Below, piece after piece: positions 28,877 through 36,847 of a DNA stretch of 64,000 bases (position 1 is its first letter; the number at the start of each line of letters is the position of its first letter). The translations under genes and the position numbers were made by a program. This DNA is from an uncultured Flavobacteriaceae bacterium (GTDB taxonomy: Bacteria; Bacteroidota; Bacteroidia; Flavobacteriales; Flavobacteriaceae), in the NCBI GenBank assembly GCA_947497245.1, contig CANMFO010000004.1, positions 119,759 to 183,758 of the forward strand, written 5' to 3'. The notes beneath the pieces are model-generated. The model did not search any database and was not told the DNA's origin. It was given only the letters and a program-made list of their open reading frames with translations.

Positions 28877-30123
28877 GATGGTTGATTGTTATTGTTCAAT
28901 AAAATGTTCTCTATGACCCATTCCTGATAGGAGGGGTCCCAGTCCTCGTACAATTGGTAAAAGGTTTCCTTGTCGTACCAGTATAAATGTAGCGGATCTT
29001 TGGGCATGATCTTCACCAAGAGCTTCCAAATGAGCTCCCTGTGCTCCTCCTCCAAAGAGGAATGCGGCCTGTTCAGTGCCTTGCGGTACTGCACGTCGAC
29101 AAATTCCTCGATCTTGAGGTCGCGATCAACGGTCAGGCGCTGCAGATAGATCTCGACTCCGGATATTTTTTTCTTGGCGGCCAGGGGCAGTTTATCCAGG
29201 TACCTTTTGAACAGCATCTGGTTGTCCATGATCTCTTTGAACGAGTGCTCCTTTTTGGTGATGTGCTCCGAAAAGAGGTGTTTTTTGATCCGTTCGTACC
29301 GCGCCGTCCGTAGGGCATTTTTGAGGTTGCCCTCCACGATCAGGTGGCGCTCCAGGGTATCCACCAGTTCGTCGTGGCCCAAATGGAAGAGCAGCACGTC
29401 GTGCGCCGTGTCGCTGATGGCCTTTTTGAACCATTTTGGGTCTTCGAAGACGATGATGGTCTGGATGAAGTCCTTTAGGACAAAAACGCCTCCAAATGCC
29501 CGGGTGTGGAACGAACCCACCTTTAGGGCAATGGGATCCAAGCGCAGCTTCCGCTTCCGGAGGTCCCCGTACTTTTTGGCCGATTCCAGCAGTTTCCTGT
29601 GCACGTCGCGGTCGATGAAATTGTGTTTCCGGTTGAACCACTGGATCAGGGCCCTTTGTTCCTGTTGCTTTTCGGCGAGCTTGTCCAAAAGGGTAAAGCG
29701 GACGGTGATCTTGTCGTACCGTAGCAGATCAAAGGGATCGAAAAAGGTATCGATGTCCTGGTCCAGGTGCACGATCACCGCGGCATCTTTGGTAATGTCC
29801 CTGATCTCGCGGGCGTAGGCCGCGAAAACGGCGCCCATCACGTCGCGGTCAAAACTGTGGGAGGGCATGTGCACGGGTTTGTCCTTTTGGGCGGGCGAGA
29901 GGAGGATGGCGTTGACATTGGCCTCCCCTACGTTGAGGTACCGATTGTCCTTTTTTTCTACGGCGACCTCGGGGCTCCATCCCATCCCGTCAATGGAAAA
30001 CTGTTTTAGCTTGGTGGCCTTGACGCCCAAAAGGGCCAGGCAGTCGTTGTACCGTGCCACCAAAGACCCCGAGAGCGTTACCAACGCCCCGTCGATCAGA
30101 CCGGCTTCCCTTAGTTTTTCCAT
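28873..30123 (-). CDS. hypothetical soluble protein (416 aa), unassigned
   Basis: Long ORF of ordinary composition that starts 3 nt after the AAA gene's stop. It has no TM segment and no motif I recognise. Confidence 0.7.
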   Translation of the reverse strand: MEKLREAGLIDGALVTLSGSLVARYNDCLALLGVKATKLKQFSIDGMGWSPEVAVEKKDNRYLNVGEANVNAILLSPAQKDKPVHMPSHSFDRDVMGAVFAAYAREIRDITKDAAVIVHLDQDIDTFFDPFDLLRYDKITVRFTLLDKLAEKQQEQRALIQWFNRKHNFIDRDVHRKLLESAKKYGDLRKRKLRLDPIALKVGSFHTRAFGGVFVLKDFIQTIIVFEDPKWFKKAISDTAHDVLLFHLGHDELVDTLERHLIVEGNLKNALRTARYERIKKHLFSEHITKKEHSFKEIMDNQMLFKRYLDKLPLAAKKKISGVEIYLQRLTVDRDLKIEEFVDVQYRKALNRPHSSLEEEHRELIWKLLVKIMPKDPLHLYWYDKETFYQLYEDWDPSYQEWVIENILLNNNNQPS

Positions 30124-30126
30124 TTT

Positions 30127-32094
30127 CTATTTGTTTCCCCCGTTTTCAAAAATTCGGTTGGCCTCCAGGTTCACGTTCATATCGTGCACGCGGCCATCGA
30201 CCTTGCGCTTGAAGTCGGTATCGGCGATGGTCGCCACATTGTCCAGGTAGCGGACCACTTCCTGCCGACGGATGTCCGAGAAATCGAGCCCCTTCATATT
30301 CTGTTTCATCAGGTCCTGCAACATGGCGAACTTGGTCGCATAGTCTTTTTTAAAGTAGCGAGAGGCATCGCTGAACCAATCCTCCGGCAGGTCAAAATCG
30401 GTCAGGCGCAACGATATGGCGCTCTGGATGTTGCGGATGTCCCTGGAGGAGAAGAACGGAAAGGCCTTTTGTATATTTTTATAGAGCTCGGCAAAGAACA
30501 TATGGGTGCCCGTCCCGTGCTTGGCCTCGGTCTGTTCGTAGATTTCAAGTACCTTCTCTTCCGTGGGCCGGTCTGATCGGCCCAAGATCTCGCCCAGGTT
30601 CTTGGCCAGTCCCTGTTCGCTCAGGAATTCGTACCCGTCCGGATTTTTGATATTGACAAAATCGGGCATGCTTTCGTTCAGCTTGCGCCACCACAGGTAA
30701 TCCTGGTCCACAAAATCGGGAAGGGTCCGGGCACCATCTATCTTGAACCGCCCCTGCACCCGGGATATCACGGCCTTGTCCAACATTTCGGGCAGGTTGG
30801 TAAAGAGCCCTATGGAGCTGTTGCCGTAATTGATGGCATAGGCCCCTTCGGTGTAGCGCAAAAACACTCCGATCACCTCCTTTACCCCGGCCGATACCCC
30901 TTGGGCCGTTCGTTCCTGCAAATTGTTCTCCGCATCGTCGATGGGGGCAAAGATCAGCTTGTTGGGGTCCTGCAGGGGCTTCATCCACTGCACCATCTTT
31001 TCTGCGGAACCGCCCTGGAAGGTAGAGATCAGTGTGTCGGGCATGGGATGGAACAAGAAGGGGATCTCCAGTTCGTCACAATGTTCCTTCAAGCGCGTCG
31101 CGATTGCGGCGATCAACATGCTCTTTCCCGTTCCGGGGATGCCATAGCCCATAAAAACGGGCATGAAGCCCCCCAATTCCTGAAAGGGGTTCTTTTTGGC
31201 CACAAAATCGTAGCTGAGCATCCTTTCCGTCAACCGACGGGCGAAATGTTTCGCATCGCGGTTCCCGACGATCTCCTCGAACTGGATTTTGTTGAACTCC
31301 ACACTTTTGGCCGTTCCCTCCAGTACATTTTCCCATCCGGAAACGGCGAACCCGCTCTTCTCCAATTTATAGGTACGGTCCGTTATGGTCTCGGTATGTT
31401 CCAAACTGTTGATCCGCATCTGTATTTCCGAGATCAGGGCCTCGAAAAACACCACGGTAAAGTTCAGTACCTCCACATCGGAAGTAATGATCTCGGGATG
31501 GTCGAGGTACTTGTCAAAATAAAAGAGCATACAGGAAATTCCCTTTAAGGGAGACATCAACGAGACCTCGGGAATACCGGCGAATTTGTTCTTCATGACA
31601 CTGAGGTCGTCCGAGACCAAGGGTTTCAGATCGAAAAGGATCTTATAGGCGGTACCGTACAGCATAAAGGCGGTGGCGGTGTGCAATTTGGAATCGTATT
31701 CGCGGCGCAGGGGGGCATCCAGGGAACCCTTGCGCTCGTTCAGGGACGAAAGTCCGGAGGCGTCGTAATAACTATCCTTGAGCCAGATGCCCATGGCGAG
31801 CCCCTCTTGCAGGGAGTACAGTGCCTGGTTCAAGTGTACGGGAATGGCCACGGAGTCGGGCAACAGCCTCTTTTTAAGGGACAGGATGGTCTTGGATACC
31901 GAAATGACCTCATTGGCCGAAGTGCCCTGGGCCTTGGACAAGTACAGTAGGATGGAGCTGTCCTTTTTGTCCTTGTTGCGGCTCTTTGCCTTTCCGCCCT
32001 GCTCCCATTGCACCCCCTTTAGATAGGAAGTGGCCTCGTTGCGAAGGGCTTCGAGCTCGTTCAATTTGATGGGAAAGGTACTGTTGTGTTCCAT
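30127..32094 (-). CDS. AAA+ ATPase (classic AAA clade) with an unassigned ~270-aa N-terminal domain
   Basis: Walker A is GYGIPGTGKS (aa 316-325) and Walker B is LIFAPIDDAE (aa 380-389). Also present are LDKAVISRVQGRFKI (arginine/SRH-like) and a lid-like FFSSRDIRNIQSAISLR. The TAATG at 32092-32096 shares nt 32094 between the upstream stop and this start. Confidence 0.85.
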   Translation of the reverse strand: MEHNSTFPIKLNELEALRNEATSYLKGVQWEQGGKAKSRNKDKKDSSILLYLSKAQGTSANEVISVSKTILSLKKRLLPDSVAIPVHLNQALYSLQEGLAMGIWLKDSYYDASGLSSLNERKGSLDAPLRREYDSKLHTATAFMLYGTAYKILFDLKPLVSDDLSVMKNKFAGIPEVSLMSPLKGISCMLFYFDKYLDHPEIITSDVEVLNFTVVFFEALISEIQMRINSLEHTETITDRTYKLEKSGFAVSGWENVLEGTAKSVEFNKIQFEEIVGNRDAKHFARRLTERMLSYDFVAKKNPFQELGGFMPVFMGYGIPGTGKSMLIAAIATRLKEHCDELEIPFLFHPMPDTLISTFQGGSAEKMVQWMKPLQDPNKLIFAPIDDAENNLQERTAQGVSAGVKEVIGVFLRYTEGAYAINYGNSSIGLFTNLPEMLDKAVISRVQGRFKIDGARTLPDFVDQDYLWWRKLNESMPDFVNIKNPDGYEFLSEQGLAKNLGEILGRSDRPTEEKVLEIYEQTEAKHGTGTHMFFAELYKNIQKAFPFFSSRDIRNIQSAISLRLTDFDLPEDWFSDASRYFKKDYATKFAMLQDLMKQNMKGLDFSDIRRQEVVRYLDNVATIADTDFKRKVDGRVHDMNVNLEANRIFENGGNK

Positions 32095-33149
32095 TAATCC
32101 AGTTTTAATGCGGGAACCTCTATCGGTTCCTGTGTTAATAAATGCAACGCTTCGGGAATATTGTCGTAAAAGACCTGTAGGACCCGGTGCGGAGCGAATA
32201 GATAAGTGTCCTTGGTGGTGGGCGCCCAGACCTGGAGGTACTGTTTGCTGAAAAAGCCGCCCTGCGAAAAATTCCCGGTGGAAAGGGTCTCATCGATCCG
32301 CATGGACAGCGCAAAGGCCGAGAGGTCCAGGGTCTTTTCCACGATGGCCTTGAGCACGGTATGGGTCACCAGCAGTTCGTCCTTGGCGAACACATTGTGC
32401 AAAGGCCCCAGGTCCAGTTTCCTTACTTTTTTGGGCCAGAGGTTGGGCAACTTTTTGTCAATGGCATAGGCCATCATGTCCAAGTCCATGTTTCGGTCCG
32501 CAGTGTTCTCCAGGACATCGTAGATCTTCTGCCTGTAGTCTTCAAGTTTTTCCTTGTACAGGTCAAAGTACATGAAGCATATGAAAGGGCGGTTATGGGT
32601 CACATCGTAGAATGCCCAACTGACCATGTACTGTGCTTCAGCCCCTTCGCCCACCTCTAAGATCTTTCCCTGCACGAAGCGCTTGAAAATGTACTGTTGC
32701 TCCACCGAGGAATAATAGATGATGGAGGCCGCCTGTTGCAGCCTGCGTTCCGGGATCGGCCGTTTGTCCCTCAAGAGCGATTCCAGGAACTCGGCCTTTA
32801 CCGTCCCGATTTCGGGCAACTTTTGGATGTGCTGCTGCTTGAGTTCCAGGTCGTTGAACAGGTACCGGAACTCCAAATAGTTGGGAAAGCCCGATTCGGT
32901 AAGGTCGATGCGCATTTTTTCCTCGTCGTCATAGAGGTATTTTATGCGAAAGGCCTCCAGTGAATACGTCATCAACTCACAGTATTGTTTTACCAGGGCG
33001 GCCTCGAGCCCATTGCATATCCGCTTTTCGGCGATGCTGTCGACGAGTCCGTCAAAGGCGTGGGTCACAATTTTAAAGTACACCGAATACTGTTCCTTGG
33101 TCTCAAGAACGGCGCTATCCAATGGTGTGACTATTTGGTTGATGGACAT
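32094..33149 (-). CDS. hypothetical soluble protein (351 aa), unassigned
   Basis: ATG at 33149. Its stop shares one nucleotide with the AAA start codon. No TM segment and no recognised motif. Confidence 0.7.
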   Translation of the reverse strand: MSINQIVTPLDSAVLETKEQYSVYFKIVTHAFDGLVDSIAEKRICNGLEAALVKQYCELMTYSLEAFRIKYLYDDEEKMRIDLTESGFPNYLEFRYLFNDLELKQQHIQKLPEIGTVKAEFLESLLRDKRPIPERRLQQAASIIYYSSVEQQYIFKRFVQGKILEVGEGAEAQYMVSWAFYDVTHNRPFICFMYFDLYKEKLEDYRQKIYDVLENTADRNMDLDMMAYAIDKKLPNLWPKKVRKLDLGPLHNVFAKDELLVTHTVLKAIVEKTLDLSAFALSMRIDETLSTGNFSQGGFFSKQYLQVWAPTTKDTYLFAPHRVLQVFYDNIPEALHLLTQEPIEVPALKLD

Positions 33150-33317
33150 TTGGGCGGATTTTAAAATGTCTTATATTGATTTTTAGATGGAACCGCGGGG
33201 CCGCGGGAAACCCGGGACCTGGCGGTGCCCGAAACGGAGACCTCCCTGCAATGCCCTGGCCACTTTCGGCACCGGCCATGGCCGTACGGGGGGCTCAGGT
33301 TCTACAAAAAACCCCTG

Positions 33318-34664
33318 TCAGCTCAGCAGGTCGTCCTCTACGGGGGGCTTCGGAGGTTCCGGAGTTTCGTCGCCATCCCCGGCGCCCGGGGGGGCGTTGC
33401 CATCGGAGGCGTAGTATTCCTCGAAAATCTCCTTCATGTCGATACCGTAGCGGTCGGCGAAGTTCTTTTGGATGTCGGCATCCTTGACCCGGATCTCCTG
33501 AAGCGATTCGGCATAGCTGGAGTAAACGCCCTGCATCACTTTTTCGTGGACGGGGATATTGTCCATCATTTCCTGTCTCGCCTTGGCGCTCGCGGTGTGC
33601 ATAGCGGCCAGGGTCTGCCCGATGTGTTCGTCGGTCTTCACCCCGAGGTGTTCCAAAATGGCGGCAAATTCCTGGTCGGTCCGGGCTTTTAGGGCCACTA
33701 CGTAGCCGTCATAATATTTTAGACGTTCATCGGTATCGCTCTTTAGCTTGGCCCGGTGCGTCTGCAAATTGCTTCTCAGGGAGGTCAGTACCTTGATGGT
33801 CAGGTTGTGCTTGTGCACAAAGCTGTCCTTACTGGCCGCTAGCGTGGTATAGGCGTTTTTGAGACCTTCCAGTTCCTCTACCTTTTGTTCAATGATGGTC
33901 ACCTTACCGATCGCTTCGGAATAGGCCGCCGATTGTTTGTCCGCTATTTCCTCGAGCGCCTGCCTTGCCTGTTTCAACAGGGCGTACTGCTCCTCCAGTT
34001 TGGCCTCGGTCTCCTTCTTTTTCTCTAGGGCCTTGGTGTGGTTCTTGCTCGCCTCCACGATGGCCACCTGTAATTTGTCCTCGACCTCTTTGATCTCGAC
34101 CTCCCTGTTCTTTAAGCGGGCCACGGCCGCCTGGCTCTTATAGGAAAGCTCGTTCAGAAGGGTTTGGATATCGGCCGATTCGATGCGTTCCTGGAACATG
34201 GCCTTGGCCTTCATGTCGGCCCCATCGCGTACTTTTTGGGCAGCGTCCAGCTCGGCCTGGCGTTTTCTGATCCTCGATTTGCGCCCCCAAAGGTTGTTCC
34301 ACCAATTGTCCTTTACCTTTTCGGCATCCTCAAGTGCCAATTTGGCGCGGTCCAAACCTTTTTGGGCATCGTCGATCACTTTTTGTTCGGCCGCGTTCAG
34401 GGTGGAGAATTTTTCAAAGATGATACCGACCTCATCTTGGTAATCGGTGAGGTCCTTTATGGCATCCAAAAGGGTAGATCGGTCCTTTTCCGCCATGCCC
34501 ACCACGTCATCGAGGGTGGCGTTCAGGATCTTTTGGCGTACTTCGGGGTCATCTTCTTGGGCAAGCTTGGACTTCATCTGGTCCACCGCCTTTCCCCAAT
34601 TGACATCTACTTGTTCCTGTTTGGAGCTGGAATCGGTCTCTAATAAATCAAAATCGTCGGCCAT
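33318..34664 (-). CDS. acidic coiled-coil protein (448 aa) with a Pro-rich acidic C-terminal tail, unassigned
   Basis: Long E/K/A/Q/L-rich helical stretches, for example KALEKKKETEAKLEEQYALLKQARQALEEIADKQ. The tail reads SDGNAPPGAGDGDETPEPPKPPVEDDLLS. Confidence 0.7.
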   Translation of the reverse strand: MADDFDLLETDSSSKQEQVDVNWGKAVDQMKSKLAQEDDPEVRQKILNATLDDVVGMAEKDRSTLLDAIKDLTDYQDEVGIIFEKFSTLNAAEQKVIDDAQKGLDRAKLALEDAEKVKDNWWNNLWGRKSRIRKRQAELDAAQKVRDGADMKAKAMFQERIESADIQTLLNELSYKSQAAVARLKNREVEIKEVEDKLQVAIVEASKNHTKALEKKKETEAKLEEQYALLKQARQALEEIADKQSAAYSEAIGKVTIIEQKVEELEGLKNAYTTLAASKDSFVHKHNLTIKVLTSLRSNLQTHRAKLKSDTDERLKYYDGYVVALKARTDQEFAAILEHLGVKTDEHIGQTLAAMHTASAKARQEMMDNIPVHEKVMQGVYSSYAESLQEIRVKDADIQKNFADRYGIDMKEIFEEYYASDGNAPPGAGDGDETPEPPKPPVEDDLLS

Positions 34665-34909
34665 GGGAATGGTTTTTTGTTTTAAGGTTTAATGAAATAG
34701 AACCGGGGGTTCTTAATGTGTTCCAATTTCGGTAAAAAAACCGAGTTGTAAAAGCACTATCACCGAAGTGTTACATATTATGAGTAGTGGAAATTTTGGA
34801 TTTGTTACGGCCCGCCCCTTTTTTTTATGGGGACACTTGAAAGAAACGCTTCCCGCCAATGTTCTTTTCCATGGGATTAATTGCTATTTTTGATGGAAAA
34901 TAATTAGGG

Positions 34910-35749
34910 ATGGTCCATTCTAAAATGGTAATGTTATCCATGCTACTGACCGGAGTCTGTTTTGGGCAGGGCATCACCTGTTCCCCTGTGGACAAACAAG
35001 CGGTCGAGAACAAGACCAGGGCCACCAAAGACCTCTTGGTGGACGGTTTTGGCAAGACGGTGGTCGCTGTGGGGAAGACCTTTCTCGGTACCCCGTATGT
35101 CGCCAAGACCCTGGAAGTGGGTGAGACCGAAACCCTGGTGATCAACTTGCAGGGACTCGACTGTACCACTTATGTGGAGAATGTGCTGGCTTTTGGGCTG
35201 TTGCTCAAAAAGGGAAAGACGGATTTTGGTTCCTTTGCCAAGACCTTGGAACATATCCGCTACAAAGACGGAAAACTGCAAGGGTATGCCTCGCGGCTGC
35301 ATTATTTTTCCGAATGGATCGCCAACAACGGTGCCAAGGGATTGCTAAAGGACGTGACCTCGGAGATCGGGGGGGTGGAAATTTCCAAGGAGATCAACTT
35401 TATGAGCACACATCGCGATCTGTACCCGTTTCTGAAGGATGAGGTGAACTTTGAAAAGATCCGGGCCTCCGAAGCCTATCTCAATGGACGGACCATTTGT
35501 ATCCTGCCCCAGGATATGATCGGACCGAACGAACATCTCCTAAGGTCGGGGGATATTATTGCGCTGACCACTTCTATAAAGGGATTGGATATTACCCATA
35601 CCGGTATCGCAACACGTGAAAAGGATGGAAGGATACATTTGCTCCACGCCTCCTCTTCCGGACAGGTGGAGGTTTCGGAACTCCCCCTTGTGGATTATTT
35701 GAAAAAGGTAAAAAAGAACACCGGGATCATGGTCGCACGGCCCCTGTAG
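34910..35749 (+). CDS. DUF1460-like (amidase/transglutaminase-like) secreted protein
   Basis: Signal peptide, then LQGLDCTTYVENVLA, which is the conserved Cys context of DUF1460 as I recall it. Confidence 0.55.
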   Translation: MVHSKMVMLSMLLTGVCFGQGITCSPVDKQAVENKTRATKDLLVDGFGKTVVAVGKTFLGTPYVAKTLEVGETETLVINLQGLDCTTYVENVLAFGLLLKKGKTDFGSFAKTLEHIRYKDGKLQGYASRLHYFSEWIANNGAKGLLKDVTSEIGGVEISKEINFMSTHRDLYPFLKDEVNFEKIRASEAYLNGRTICILPQDMIGPNEHLLRSGDIIALTTSIKGLDITHTGIATREKDGRIHLLHASSSGQVEVSELPLVDYLKKVKKNTGIMVARPL

Positions 35750-35762
35750 ATTTTACCAAGGA

Positions 35763-36647
35763 CTAAACGGACGACTTGTATTTTTTTGGGGTGGTCCCGT
35801 ACTTTTTCTTAAAGGCCGAAATAAAGTGGCTGGCCGTACTGTACCCGATCTTAAGTCCCACCTCGTTGACGTTGTGCCGTCCGGTTTCCAGCATTTTCCG
35901 CGCATATTCCATTTTGTAGTCGAAGAGGAAACTGAATACCGAGTCACCGTAGATCTGCTTGAACCCTTCCTTTAACTTTTTCAACGGGAGGCCTATCTCT
36001 TCCGAAAGGGCGGTCAGTGTGGGAGGCTCAGCCATGCGGGCGACCATGATTTCCTTGGCCTGGCGGATGCGGCGCACGTTCTCCTCGTCTACCAAAAAAG
36101 GACATTGTTCCACATCGGCATCATCACTTTTGTTGAAGTAGAGCGAAATCAGTTCATATACCTTCCCCTTAATATAGAGGGCCTTGATGGAAGGATGTAG
36201 GTTGTAGTTCATGATTTGGCTCAAGATTACGGCAATGGCCGGGGACACCCCTTCCTGTGCGTAGTATTTCTTATCCCTGTTCTCCACACTCAGAAACGGG
36301 ATGTGATCCGCCTCCCTTGAAAAGAGGGAATGGAATTTTCTTATGGTCATGACCACGGAGACCATCCAGGAATTGGGGTTCAATTCCATGTTCAGGGGCA
36401 GGTCTATCTGGGTGTTATAAAGCAAAAGCGAGTTCTCCTCGGACACGTCGAGGGCATACCTCCCCTCGTTGAAAACAAATTTGGCACTGCCCTTCAAACA
36501 AAAATGGAACTGAATGAACGAACTATCGATTTCCCGCACCACCTTTTGGGCCTGCGGGGTATCGTTTTGGACTTTCAGCACAAAAAAACCATCTTCTATC
36601 AGGACTTCCTTAAATGAACCTGCAGCGACATTTTTTAGTTCCATCAT
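35763..36647 (-). CDS. AraC family transcriptional regulator
   Basis: C-terminal double-HTH block: LTALSEEIGLPLKKLKEGFKQIYGDSVFSFLFDYKMEYARKML...VGLKIGYSTASHFISAFKKKYGTTP. Confidence 0.8.
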   Translation of the reverse strand: MMELKNVAAGSFKEVLIEDGFFVLKVQNDTPQAQKVVREIDSSFIQFHFCLKGSAKFVFNEGRYALDVSEENSLLLYNTQIDLPLNMELNPNSWMVSVVMTIRKFHSLFSREADHIPFLSVENRDKKYYAQEGVSPAIAVILSQIMNYNLHPSIKALYIKGKVYELISLYFNKSDDADVEQCPFLVDEENVRRIRQAKEIMVARMAEPPTLTALSEEIGLPLKKLKEGFKQIYGDSVFSFLFDYKMEYARKMLETGRHNVNEVGLKIGYSTASHFISAFKKKYGTTPKKYKSSV

Positions 36648-36847
36648 CTTGTGGCTACTGTATTATTATTTAGAAACGTTCTAAATTGAGCATGAATTAA
36701 AACCCAATGTTTGCCATAAAATTAGGGGATTTCCGCCAAATGCCACCGAATTTGGGCCAAAAAAACGCGTAGCGATACAAATTGTTCCGCTAGCGTTACT
36801 TTTTTGGCCGCAATGCACTTATTTTTGCTTCCGTTTGCAAGCATTAT

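Noticed and set aside
33176-33692. Three overlapping plus-strand ORFs (75-155 aa) over the GC-rich spacer and the 3' end of the coiled-coil gene
   Set aside because: They are Arg/Gly/Pro-rich translations created by local GC richness. They overlap each other and a well-supported minus-strand gene, and none has a plausible start context.
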